A stretch of 51,719 nucleotides of DNA from Octopus sinensis (GCF_006345805.1 NW_021834569.1:1-51719), one strand, 5' to 3'; positions 12,850 to 25,317 are shown, counted from the first letter of the stretch. Notes: generated from the letters alone by a model not told the origin. Translations and numbers: made by a program.

Positions 12850-14530
12850 AATCGCATCAATCAGGACTGGAATTCCTCCAGTTAAAAAGACATGAGATTT
12901 ATATGTATTATTTAGGTAGGTTAGTGATCGTGGGAAATAGTCCTGTTGACACGAAAGTAGACATGGCCTTGAAAACAAGTGTATTTCATAAAATATAAAA
13001 TTAGATAACAATATTTGAAGTCGTGTTTACATTTAAAGGCAACTCAAAGCAAGTCGAAGTAGATAAATTTTACAAGTATAATCTACTTGCTGGACAATTT
13101 GGCACAGTCACAATAGTCCTTGTCGTATTTACATGGGATAGAATAGTGAACAGTTATAGTCCTACATAAAAAATTAAATCTGGACTAATGGATACATCCA
13201 ATTAGTGACAATCAAGAAACGTTGGCAAGCATGATCGCTATCCATGCATTGCATTAAGGTTGACAACAACAAAATTGCGGAAGAAGAAAATAATCTTATC
13301 GTTAGGAAAGAGTAATTTCGAGTGTCAGTTGACCTGTCAGAGGAGTCGGCTTTCTTACTACAATAATATTAGGAGAGGTGTCGAGACGTGATCGGTCCTC
13401 GGAGTAGTTGTCTTATAGAAGAAACATCAATTAATGATAGTTAAATTGAGTATTGTTAACCCAAATAAATAAAATATTAACTAAGATAATCTCATCGAAA
13501 TCCTTGTTGAGCTTAGTTTTCTTAAAGACAAATTACTAAAACTCTTAAATGATTAGGTTCTCAGTCATTTTTTTTCTTCGTATTGAAGAGAAAATTCATT
13601 TGATATCAAACTTAATAAGTACGAATTCTCCATTAAATAATATGAAGAATAGTTTATAGTTATCATTAAAGTGATGACAAAAGACAATCTTCCTATTCTA
13701 AAAAGTATGTCACTTGTGTGGGATGCGATCTACAAAGGCAAGTTTTTTGTGTTGAAATTATCTCTTCGGCCGTATTCCTTGCGCACGCAGGAGCGTGTGA
13801 AAATCGACAAATATCAAATTCTCTCATATCATCTTTTTTGCTCCCGTCTTAGTTGAAGTCTTTGGAGATGCAGGAAATTTTATCTATGACCTCAGAAGTA
13901 GGATTTCTTCGCGTAAATGTGAGCAAAGTGAATCATCATGATTCCTACAAAGAATTTCAATTGCCATTTTTCTAAAAACAGTCAATTTATTCTCTTTGCA
14001 CATTAATTGATTCTAAATCTTAACTTTTTTCTAAAACCCTCCTGAATAGTCAAAGAAACAAACCACTCAACTATTGAACTAATCTACAACAAAACGAATG
14101 GAATCCAAAAAGAGAGACCTCTAAAAGTGTGGTTTTTACTGAAACAGCATTGGAGGAAATTGTTTCCTAATCCTGTCCGAAGAACCCGTCGAAAAATGTA
14201 AAAACGGAAAAGTCCTGATAAACCTTGAGCTTAGACAATTTCGAATGCCATTTGGATCTCCTTTAAAGCAGAGTTAATTGCAGCGCAAGCTAATGCCAAC
14301 ATCCTCAATGTTTTTGACATAGCATTTCCCGCAAGTTTGTAATAACTCGTTTCTCCTTCAACAATCATTTGAACTTTTTTGATTCAGCAATCCATGATTA
14401 ACCAGTTTTTGTTAAATCGTACACTGATTTCATTTCTGATTTTATAGTAGCATAAAACTTTGAAGATATTATGAACACAGGAATATTATTTGTTGATTTG
14501 ATATTTTGTAAAACTTCAAACATACCGTTA
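12850..14530 (-). CDS. Candidate unidentified multi-exon gene
   Basis: Open stretches bounded by 22-34 nt GT-AG segments, e.g. QMIVEGETSYYKLAGNAMSKTLRMLALACAAINSALKEIQMAFEI and LSLIDVSSIRQLLRGPIT. I could not build a stop-free model. Confidence 0.3.
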
Positions 14531-14859
14531 TCAGCTCAGAAATAATTTTAGAAATTTTGAACTCATTTAGTTAAAGTGTTTAAAATTCAGAACTTTTTTT
14601 AATTGATAACCTATGAAATTGACGTATAAATTAATGCTGTATCTAAATTTGTTGAAACAAACAGAAGATACACACCAATTTTCTTGATTTAAATTCCTAC
14701 TAATTCTTATTTTGTTTTTTTGTAAATAAACTTTTTATAATGGAATTTCAAAATTGAATTTGTTTGAAATTTTTATTTACATTTGAAATAAATATAGATT
14801 TCCGAATCGAAATGTTAAGAAAATAATGTCCTCAAACGTGATTTTTTGAATATCCAACT

Positions 14860-15560
14860 TATAAAGGACGTCCAGAAGGATGTCTTCCCAGACACTTTCG
14901 GAGGATTATGCTGTCATCAGGGGTTGATTGAAGGACGCTAACGATCAATTGGTAGCGCAAAAGTGGATTAATTAACTAACTTAACTAAGGTGATTTTTTA
15001 TTACCAATTTTGCATTTATTGGATCTTCGTTCCGACTTTTGAATGAAAAAAGAGTTTCTCGCTTATTCAGCTAATGATTTACATTTTTTAAAATCTTGAG
15101 ATTATGCCTAAGATTCAGGAGACAATAAGAAACAGTGAAAAATGCAGAGGATTTTACAAGTGAGTATGATATAGATTTCTGCTTTTCTCAAAATTTAGAT
15201 AAAATACTTATGAAATGCGAAAAATAAATGAACTTGTTGAAACCTTATTGGGATTATGGAAGAGTAGTTCTCACCCGGTCTTCACAAACATATATCTTCA
15301 ATACATCAAACCATGTTTTTCCTATGCTTGTGTTTACGGGAACCTTATTTATCAACAGGAGGAAAACCGAGAAGGCTCAATTAAGGGCGTGCAAATAAGC
15401 CAAACATTGGTCAAATGGAACAAAGGTTCCGGGGCGGCTCGTTTGGAAAATCTGATTAAGCTGAACTTCAGATTGCCGGTCTATGTCTTTGCAACCAACC
15501 ATTCATTCGTTGCGTTGTGTGACTAGTGGGAAGATTACCGTGCAAAGATGAGGTCCTTTG
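14860..15560 (+). mobile_element. RTE/L2-type RT remnant
   Basis: GRPEGCL (~GVRQGC), YSANDL (~YADD) and IKPCFSYACVYG; many stops. Confidence 0.55.
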
Positions 15561-16506
15561 TGAAGTGAATCCGGATCACGTAATTAGTTTATTATGTTAT
15601 TGCTATGTTAAAAAATGTTTTTCTAAATTTTACGTAAAAAAAAGTTTGATAACTTAGCAACAAATACTAAATATCTGGCTAAAAGATGTTGATCATAGTT
15701 TTTCATTTACTTAGGCAATACAATATTTTAGGAAATTAACTTAATCAGTCCCTCGTCTTTATGTCGGGAAGTACTCTGCTGTCTAATACCTTTCGAGTAT
15801 TCACTAGAAGTCCTGAACAGACCGCATGCTGGATAACCAGTTATTGGGACAGAGTTGGACTACTAATGGTACTCACTTACTACAAACATTTTTTTACCTT
15901 TAGTGATTTGAAGAATGTTTCTCAATAATGTGTATTATATACTGTCCACATGACTTTGCATTCCTAATTTGATCATTAATCACCAAAGAAATTGTTTCCA
16001 GTGACAATAGAGACGGAGTTAATAAAAATCTTTCCACAAACAATATAAAAACTTATGTTGAAAAAATAGTAGCTGAAACTAAATTTCCAATATTTAATAT
16101 TTTATGAACTCGAATGTATGAATTAGATAATTTCCAAATCTGCTAACATACAATTTATTGTTTCAGTACTAAGTTCTAAAGACACTACATTGTTAAAAAG
16201 AACAAAAACTGATTAATAGTCATCTAAACAAGGCAAAATAACCACAAATTATCTTGAGCAAGAATTTATAAGAGGAAAGCTTAATTCAACTAGAAACTAA
16301 AATCCTAGAAATGAGAAATTTCTATTCCAAATTCAAAACACACTACTTGGAAATTATTACCGAACGTGGAATACTCACCGGAGTTTTTTTATCTTTTCAA
16401 TTATTTATACTCATCTAAAATAGCTCTTTCCCCCAAATCACGACTTGTAAGAAAAATAATATGCACAATAAACAACAAAAATCAAATATTTATTCAATCA
16501 AAGCAA

Positions 16507-17240
16507 TTATTCAACAGAATTAACAAGAAGACTTAACTCAGCAGAAGAATAACCCCACAACTGTCTTCAAATCACACACAAATCTATAAACAAACCTCTT
16601 CAGTGACCTAACCCTAAAATAAAAGACCAACCTTAGCAAGCATATCCCCTTGATAGTAACAACGCAAAGCACGACTCAGTTTGCTATAAGTCATAGTTCC
16701 TCTGTTCTTCCTGACCCCCACAAATGAGCAACCACCTCAGGATTGACTATTTTGAACTCTCCCGTTGTCCCCCACCCACCGAATGACCTCCAAACATCGA
16801 TAGTCTGTCAGCATATCCAACAAAACTGCCACAACTGCACTCCTCTGTTCTGCCTCACTGAAACTACGTCCAACACTTTTACAGATCTCAATTCTGAGTT
16901 ATTTATAAATAATAAAACCATGCTGAACTTCGACCAGCACTTCGACCGGCCCATTGTGGTTCACACAAAGAGAGGAGACTGCCGATTTGTGTCATTCTTA
17001 GGTAATTAAAATTTTAGTACAATCAGGGCGTCTTGGACGTGGATAGAATAGTCTTTCAGGGAATGGACCAGTCTCACTTCGAAGGAGGATAGAATTGTAT
17101 ATATCGGACGGTCAATGTCCACCAAACATTGTATTGTTCTTTATTCTGTCTTTTTTTGGGAGAATTCGCAACCAGTTCTGAGCACTCCTCTGAGTTGTAA
17201 TGTTTGGGTGGCTGACTTTGTAAATTGATAAACACCACAA
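16507..17240 (-). CDS. GABPA: ETS-domain factor, GABPA-like; carries several small indels
   Basis: After correcting indels: GVQLWQFLLDMLTD...[67 protein letters not shown]. The YYxGDM and FVCDLKTxxGYSxAEL signatures are GABPA-type. Start not resolved. Confidence 0.85.
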
Positions 17241-17510
17241 GATTAAATAATTAAAATAAATAAATTTAATTTTTAAATAATTTAATAACTTTAATATTAG
17301 ATAATAATTGAAAAAATTAAAAAACTTGATTTTTTAAATTTAATATTTTCATGTTATAATAACAAAATACATGATCGTTTAAATAATAATTTCCTATTAA
17401 TATAAATGTAATTTTTAAATTATTTAATTAAATTAATAATACAAATATTACTTAATTTAAATAATTATAATTACAATAAAATTAATAAATAATAAATAAT
17501 AGTTTTGATT

Positions 17511-18024
17511 CTTATGAGGCCACCGACCAAGAAGAAATAGCGATTTTTATGCTTTACCGACGGTTTATATAAATTTAACTCTCCTAACAAACATAGACTT
17601 TGAAGACGCCGAAACAATCTTAATTTCAGAAGTAAGGATCCTCTTACAACATCGGTATGACTTGTCTTTATACTCCTTCAGTGAAGATGCCAATACCAGA
17701 CGACGATGCTCTCGAGATCTCCGAAGTCTTCCGATCTACACTCGATTACTGCAATTTATTCAGTCGCTTCAAGACAAAGGACAGTCAGTGCTGTCCGCAG
17801 GTTATCGGGATCTCTGAATGAGTAGCGCCTTGGGAAAACCTGAATTGCATAAATTCGAGCGAGCTCAGTTGGCTAATTTGGCCCCTTCTACCGTCTCTCA
17901 GGCCAAAGCGTTGATTCCGAGGTTTCTGTGTTTTTGATATGTCAGTCTTTCTGATAAATTATCTGACGAGAGTATTGCTTCTATCATTGACGATGTTCAT
18001 TCCAAGACTAAATTCCAACTTTAA
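17511..18024 (+). CDS. POLR2D: RNA polymerase II subunit RPB4; 4 mini-introns and about 2 indels
   Basis: DFEDAETILISEVRILLQHR, EISEVFRSTLDYCNLFSRFK, LHKFERAQLANLAP...AKALIPSL...IIDDVHSKTKFQL*. Start approximate. Confidence 0.88.
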
Positions 18025-18055
18025 ATTACTTTTTTCGTTTTTTAAATTTAAATTC

Positions 18056-19390
18056 TTAAAGTTGTGGTCTTGGATTCGAACCCAGGAAAGCTTTGTTATT
18101 TGGCCCACCGGTTCTTCCATCTGTCGTTTGTGTACTGTCTGTAGTTGCATAACTTTTTATACGCCTATTCGCAATTGTCTTTATGGGTAATTCCTACCTT
18201 ACATAGTATTCTGATAACACATCAATTTATTGCTAGTGTTAAAGGTATATAATTATATGTAGTTACTCCCAATCAGTGGCATTGGCTCTCCAGTTGTATA
18301 TCGCTTTTTATTAGTCTACTTAGTCATTCTATTCCATAATAATCTGATTACCTGCCTATCCCATGAACCAATAAGTCTAATAAACTAAAACCAGTATTCA
18401 CTTAGTACAAACAAGCCTATTTCCTCAATACTTATTCACATAACTCATATCGTATAGGTACATGCAAAGTTAATAAATTTTAATAAACTCCTTTCCCCAA
18501 GAACACCTGAGAGGAAAGCCACCAATGGAAGTGAATGTGCAGAATGATAGCCTGAACACTCTCCTTCCGATCAAATCTGCCATCAAAACACAAATACAAC
18601 TGAATAAAAGCATATCCTTTTGGACAAACTCTAATTGTAAGAATCTGCCAAAATGGGAAAAAACAGCTCTAAGCGTGTCTTCCGAAACAAGTCCAGGAGG
18701 CAGTCCCCCCACATAGACAGTCGAATTAGTCTGAGTTGTCTGAGCTGATATTTGGTCTATAAGAACGGTCCTTTGTGGGACACACTTTCCGTGAGGCCCA
18801 ATTAGTCCTAATTGGCCGACTCCCAAGCCACTGAGAATTCATTTGGAGAATAGCACGGGAAGCATCCTCTTCGTGATGAAGGAGATGAACCCATATCCCT
18901 TCGAAACTTTGTGACTGGATCAACCACGACCTTGCAGTCCCTGCCATGTCACACCTCCATTACGATATCTCCCCGAACTGAGCAAATGCCCTACGGAGTG
19001 CTTCGTTGTCGATATCTGGACTGATATCCCCCACGAATATGTGAAAGTGTTCTGTGGGTGAAGATATTTCATTACTGCTTGTGTCTTGCTTGTTTGGAAC
19101 TGCTGCCCATTTTTATTCGTATTTTCTTGCCGTATAATTCAATGTTGCTTAATTGGGCCATCACATATTCTCCGTCTTCTCGACTGCAGAATTCGACAAA
19201 GCAATATGGGTCGTCTGATACTTCTCGAATCAATTTGCAGACACACAATTCACATCAAACGAGTAATCAGCATTATTATTAAGTTTCGTCAATACAGCCA
19301 GGTAGGTTCCCAAAGTACCTAATTTTTAATCACAAGACTAACAGAGTCCCGCTGCCATCTCCGGTGTTTATTGCACTCACACAACACTCT
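18056..19390 (-). CDS. TIA1: TIA1/TIAL1-like triple-RRM RNA-binding protein; several indels
   Basis: LYFGNL, DPYCFVEF, HFHIFVGDISPDI, SKGYGFISF, MNSQWLGSRPIRTNWASRK, STVYVGG, LRCSWGKE. Both ends inferred. Confidence 0.87.
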
Positions 19391-20639
19391 ATGTTTATTA
19401 TTTATATTATATTATTATATTGCTAATTAGTAGTCCTTTAATATAGTGTTTTTATTATTTATTTTATTTTTTGTTTAGTATTGTTTTTTTTATATTTGTT
19501 GATTTTTTAAGTTGTCTGATAAATTATGATTTTCATTTCTTGTCATTTCATATTATGTGCTTATATACTTAAATTTATTAGATTTTCGAATCATTGCTAT
19601 AACTTTAAAAAGTGGAATAGAGAAGAAACTTTTTCAGAAAGTGTTTTTTGAATGTTTCGTTTTTAATTTCTTTCATTCAAATCTAAAACCTAACTTTCCT
19701 CAGGTTAAACTAAGCGATTGAAAATAAAGGTCTATTGACCCTCATTAATTTAAATTTTAATATTCATTTGATTTTAATATATCGATATAAGCACAACAGG
19801 CCGGGCTGAAGTACAGAAATCCCTTTTCTGTGTAAAATTATTAATTCAATTTAATTATCCCAAAATAATTGTTTAGAAAGACAGGATTAATATGTGCAAT
19901 GTTTTTGCCCTCTTGTTTATGTTTGTTTACATTTCCTATATTTTACAGACCTCTTCTGAGAATGTACAAAAACGCGTTTATTTAATCATTTTATTATATT
20001 TTTTTCCTCGTTGTCTTTTGTCAGATAAGTTACTTCCTTGTCGCATTGAATGCATGATTGTTGTATATTAGCACTCACTGAATGACTGTGCTGTACTGAC
20101 TGCCAATATCATTAGAAGCAACTTTTCCTGCCACGAATGGAAGATTTATTCGCTTTTGCATTCTCTAACTTGTTTCTTCTTGTAGGTCGGGAAACATTTT
20201 GAGTATCCGACTGTAAGAATGAATTCATTTTTTCCTATAAAACTATAAACGTGAGTACTTTGGTTAACGATAAATGACTGAGCAGCGCTTCATTCTCTTC
20301 TCTTCCTTAATTCTTCAATCCTCGATTTGTCTATTTGGTGGTTGGTGGGTGATGACTGAAATAGTGAGTCCACGGAGAGTTGTTTAAATTTTTCCCTAAG
20401 TTCTCTCAAACAGTCAAAATGTCTACAATGGTCACGTATAATCCACCTTGTTCTTCTTTTGATAGCATACTCATTGCTTGGTAACAATTTAATTATAACA
20501 ATGCACCTCGATTGTTGTCCAGCACAACAAACCCGATAATAACAATTATAAGATAAAAATTATAAATGATTTTGTAAAGCTCTCCTGCATAGCTGTTTGG
20601 ATTTCCCGCATTTCTGCTTAGTTGTCACAGACTCGACAG

Positions 20640-21300
20640 GAATATTAAAAAAATAACAATTCATACGCCGATCAAGTCTTTAAACATTCATCTGTAGAGT
20701 TGCTTTTTATTAGACGTTGGATGTTTAATAAAATAAATATGCACATTAATTTTTGGCTGATAATAAGCGAATTAAAAAGTTATAATTTGACTATTTTAAT
20801 TTGGTCGGAATTAAATCTATTTATACAGACCAAAGGGGGCTTATGCGAACTTCTTTTGAAGACACTGATTGTTTCAGTATCAGAATGGGTGTTAGATAAG
20901 GCTGTATTTTATCTCCCATTTTGTTTAATATTTGCATGAAAATAATATGCGGAATCATAATCGGTGACCTAAACATAATTAATCTTCGAAATGAGGACGA
21001 TACCAAGTTTTTCTTTCAGAAACAAAGATGGATTGAGGCAGTTAATAGTGTATGTAAAGAAAAGTCCACATTTGGTCTTTTCCTAAATGTGGAAAAACCA
21101 AATAATTGCAACTTGACTATCTAAAAAATAAGAATTGTTGTTTTATAACGAGGAAATAGAATTTTCTGAAAGCAGTATCTTTCTGTTTACTCTGATAATT
21201 AGAGATGGTGGTTTTGTCTCAAAATCAATAGAGCATAGCCTTGTGCAGAAGTACGATAATAAAACTGAATCGAATCTGGAATAGCATGATATACATACCG
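20640..21300 (+). mobile_element. RTE-type RT remnant
   Basis: FSIRMGVR*GCILSPILFNI at about 20875-20935; heavily decayed. Confidence 0.6.
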
Positions 21301-21519
21301 GTCATATGTTTTAGACATTCTGAAAAATCCCAGTGTTTGATTTTTCTAAAGAAAAATCTTATTAAAAAATGCTTTTCATTAAGCATTATCCATTTTTTTT
21401 TAGTTATTTATTTTTTCCCAATCTCATCGTCACTGTATTTTCGACATCTTGATCTTTTTATGTTTAGACATTTACGATGCACATGCATAATCTGAATTTT
21501 TAAAAGTTAAAACGAGTTT

Positions 21520-22010
21520 TTATTAATTAAACACAAGTTAGTATTTAGTTACATCTCCTTTTTTTCGATATTACATCATGTATTCTATTTGGGATCGACA
21601 AATACAAGTTTTGAATAATCATCTCCCATCTTGTTCCATTCATCTTTTGCCATCTCCCATAGTTGCTTAATGTTCTGAGGTTTCTATTTCTGATTTTGCT
21701 CTTTAAATAATGCCAGCAATTTCTATTATGTTAAGATCTGGCGATTGTGCAGGCCAATTGTTTAAAATATTCACTCCTTTTTCAAGCAAATAATTTTTTG
21801 TAGACCGTGAAGTATGACATGAACGCACACCTTGTTTGGAAATAAAGTTATCATCATATATCTCAGAAAGCCCTTGTTCCAAGATTCGTTGATATTCTAC
21901 GGATCTACATTTCCTTCGCACAATATCAAGGCACTTTTTCCATCGTATGTCCAAAGACGAAGATAAGACTTTTCAACGCGTTTGTGTTACCAGTCTTCCT
22001 CTATGGTTAT
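21520..22010 (-). mobile_element. Tc1/mariner transposase remnant
   Basis: SCHTSRSTKNYLLEKGVNILNNWPAQSPDLNIIE is the Tc1 DD34E C-terminal motif. Confidence 0.9.
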
Positions 22011-22094
22011 GAATCGTAGGTTTGGCATAGAAAATAAAATATCGCTATCTGCGTTTATTATTAATATTATTAAGAGCACTTTCGAGAAAGCATA

Positions 22095-22825
22095 AAGTTA
22101 ATTAAGTCTCCCTTGTGCCGTGTTCTGTAACATTCTCTCCGTTAATCTCGATCAGAATTTTATGTTGCGCGCGATATCTTTGAGGTTGTCCAAATCGTCC
22201 ACCGACTTCAGTCGCAGACCAACCGTCGAGAGATCCCCCTTAGGATGGTCGGAAGCGTCGTTCTTGGTCTACCACGGAATCCGGACTCCGTCTGCGCAAA
22301 GAAATAATCTATTGCAATCTTCGCTGGAACCAGGTCCTTTAAACGTAAAACTGGCCAAAAAAACTCCATCTCGATCTGAAAATATCATCTGACGAGACAC
22401 CGGATTTGCATTTATTATAAAGTTTTTCATTGCTGAAGCTTAGCTAAGGATAATGGATTAACAGTCGTGGTTTGTATCCGAAGAAGACTAGTTTCCAGCT
22501 TGGGTCAATTCTCGTTCCCCTGTCTGTGAGGCAACGAGTACTTCTGGCAAGACACAGTCGAAAATAAAGATCCTCACCTTCCTTCCGGTCTTGACATGGC
22601 GTTATGGGGTCCATGTCAATTGGAACTTCCAATCGGATATGCAAACGCTAGGAGGCACTTAATGTCTACAGAAAAAGGACTTCTATAACTCTGATTCTGG
22701 GACATCGTCGTCTCAGTCCGATCATTGTGGGCAGGATCGAACCTTTCAGAAGGATCTCCCTCGCTTGAATCGGGGATCACGGGGGATTATAATTAACTGG
22801 CTTACCCAGGGCAATAAAGTATTTA
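22095..22825 (-). mobile_element. Internally deleted (bipartite) RTE derivative: putative leader plus ORF 3' end
   Basis: 22095-22470 decodes to SNEKLYNKC...RWSFFG.VLRL...FRGRPRTTLPTILRGDL...LKDIAR, joined to the ~300 bp structured segment that is also present at 11341-11620. Confidence 0.7.
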
Positions 22826-22839
22826 AAAAAAGTATTAGC

Positions 22840-23030
22840 CTTGCTATGGGCGCATTTAAAAAATATCGGCTATATGGAATATGGCTTAACTTAACTATAT
22901 GGAACCATTAAAAATCGGATTAAATACCAGGCTCAACATATATAAGGCTTTTGTTATCCCGGATCTTACTTATAACTCATGGGGAATCTCTAACACAATA
23001 TGGACCGTCTTGATTCTTTACACAGCTAAA
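22840..23030 (+). mobile_element. RTE RT C-terminal remnant
   Basis: ISLAMGAFKK...TRLNIYKAFVIPDLTYN resembles KLRIYKAVVLPVLLYG. Confidence 0.6.
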
Positions 23031-23039
23031 ATCTGCGTT

Positions 23040-23308
23040 TACTGGAAAGAAAAAACAAAGACAACCAAAATGTAATTTTTACATCAAAAATCGTTAAATA
23101 CCAAATGGATACCTCCATACGCACCTCAATTGTTGTGCAGCACAACAAACCCGATATTGTGGTCCAAGATAAACTCACCATAATATTGTTATCGTAGAAG
23201 TGCACACACGTACCTAGCCCGTTTGCAAACAGTGAAAGAGAACTAAGAAAAAAATATAAACTTTTTGCAAACGAGCTAGAACTTATGCACCACTGCAAAG
23301 CCATGTCA
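23040..23308 (+). mobile_element. R4/Dong-like RLE remnant, left half (continues at 26697-26812 after the Helitron)
   Basis: VVQHNKPDIVVQDK...IVEV...KKYKLFANELELMHHCK. It rejoins the right flank VICIIT*NKLVTKYH...QAYIQSIFHKRTLTSI. Confidence 0.8.
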
Positions 23309-23330
23309 TCTTAATAATAAAATGGTATGG

Positions 23331-23364
23331 TGTGTCTGTCTGTCTGTCTGTCTGTCTGTGTGTG
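23331..23364. repeat. (TGTC)6 plus (TG)n microsatellite near the Helitron 5' end
   Basis: Read directly from the sequence. Confidence 0.95.
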
Positions 23365-23385
23365 CACACCAACTTCAATTGGCAA

Positions 23386-25317
23386 TACGATGTCCTCGAC
23401 TTACATGATGAGGTCCTTAAAACCTTCCCCCCCAAAAAATTAAAAAAAAATTTTCTGCATTTTGGTTAAAATGAACAACTATACAATGTCCTCGACTTAC
23501 ATGATGAAGTCCTTAAAACCTTCCCCCCCAAAAAATTAAAAAAAATTTTCTGCATTTTGGTTAAAATGAACAACTACAATGTCCTCGACTTACATGATGA
23601 AGTCCTTAAAACCTTCCCCCCCAAAAAAATTAAAAAAAATTTTCTGCATTTTGGTTAAAATGAACACTACAATGTCCTCGACTTACATGATGAAGTCCTT
23701 AAAACCTTCCCCCCCAAAAAATTAAAAAAAATTTCTCTGCATTTTGGTTAAAATGAACAACTACAATGTCCTCGACTTACATGATGAAGTCCTTAAAACC
23801 TTCCCCCCCAAAAAAATTAAAAAAAAATTTTCTGCATTTTGGTTAAAATGAACAACTACATTGTCCTCGACTTACATGATGAAGTCCTTAAAACCTTCCC
23901 CCCCAAAAAAATTAAAAAAAATTTTCTGCATTTTGGTTAAAATGAACAACTACAATGTCCTTCGACTACATGATGAAGTCCTTAAAACCTTCCCCCCCAA
24001 AAAAATTAAAAAAAATTTTCTGCATTTTGGTTAAAATGAACAACTACAATGTCCTCGACTTACATGATGAAGTCCTTAAAACCTTCCCCCCCAAAAAATT
24101 AAAAAAAAATTTTCTGCATTTTGGTTAAAATGAACAACTACAATGTCCTCGACTTACATGATGAAGTCCTTAAAACCTTCCCCCTCAAAAAATTAAAAAA
24201 AAATTTTCTGCTGTTTTTTGTTAAAATGAACAACTACAATGTTTCTCGACTTACATGAGAAGTCCTTAAAACCTTCCCCCCCAAAAAAATTAAAAAAAAT
24301 TTTCTGCATTTTGGTAAAATGAACAACTACAATGTTTTCGACTTACATGATGAAGTCCTTAAAACCTTCCCCGCAAAAAAATTAAAAAAAAATTTCTGTA
24401 TTTTGTTAAAATGAACAACTACGATGTCCTCGACTTACATGATGAAGTCCTTAAAACCTTCCCCCCCAAAAAAAATTAAAAAAAAATTTTTCTCTGCATT
24501 TTGGTTAAAATGAACAACTACGATGTCCTCGACTTACATGATGAGGTCCTTAAAACTTCCCCCCCAAAAAATTAAAAAAAAATTTTCTGCATTTTGGTTA
24601 AAATGAACAACTACAATGTCCTCGACTTACATGATGAGTCCTTAAAACCTTCCCCCCAAAAAAAATTAAAAAAAAATTTTCTGCATTTTGGTTAAAATGA
24701 ACAACTACAATGTTTTCGACTTACATGATGAAGTCCTTAAAAAACTTCCCCGCAAAAAAAATTAAAAAAAAATTTCTGTATTTTGGTTAAAATGAACAAC
24801 TACGATGTCCTCGACTTACATGATGAAGTCCTTAAAACCTTCCCCCCCAAAAAAATTAAAAAAAAATTTTCTGCATTTTGGTTAAAATGAACAACTACGA
24901 TGTCCTCGACTTACATGATGAGGTCCTTAAAACCTTCCCCCCACAAAAAAATTAAAAAAATTTTCTGCATTTTGGTTAAAATGAACAACTACAATGTCCT
25001 CGACTTACATGATGAAGTCTTAAAAAACCTTCCCCCCCAAAAATATTAAAAAAAAATTCTGCATTTTGGTTAAAATGAACAACTACAATGTCCTCGACTT
25101 ACATGATGAAGTCCTTAAAACCTTCCCCCCAAAAAAAAATTAAAAAAAAATTCTGCATTTTGGTTAAAATGAACAACTACGATGTCCTCGACTTACATGA
25201 TGAAGTCCTTAAAACCTTCCCCCCAAAAAAAATTAAAAAAAAGTTTTCTGCATTTTGGTTAAAATGAACAACTACGATGTCCTCGACTTATACATGATGA
25301 GGTCCTAAAAACCTTCG
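23386..25317. repeat. Tandem satellite array, ~92-94 bp unit, 20 full copies plus 1 partial
   Basis: Unit TACAATGTCCTCGACTTACATGATGAAGTCCTTAAAACCTTC(C)n(A)nTT(A)n(T)nCTGCATTTTGGTTAAAATGAACAAC; 21 unit starts counted. Confidence 0.97.

Noticed and set aside
13400-14330. INTS7 identity for the unidentified gene (TLRML, GNNFL, SSIRQLL)
   Set aside because: The short motifs occur in the wrong order relative to INTS7 as I recall it.
18060-18115. tRNA suggested by GGTTCGAATCC on the minus strand (18072-18082)
   Set aside because: No D arm, anticodon arm or correctly spaced acceptor stem; it lies in the probable last TIA1 exon.
16507-19390. Euplotes-style programmed frameshifting
   Set aside because: The indels have mixed sign and no shared slippery motif, sit mostly in homopolymers and cluster regionally, as sequencing error would.
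23386-25317. Array as CRISPR
   Set aside because: The units are contiguous near-identical repeats with no unique spacers, there are no cas genes, and the context is eukaryotic.
23386-25317. Array unit as tandem hammerhead ribozyme or C/D snoRNA (ATGATGA)
   Set aside because: It has ATGATGA, not CTGATGA; there is no GAAAC core half and no CTGA D box. Only a 5-bp GACTT/AAGTC hairpin is present.
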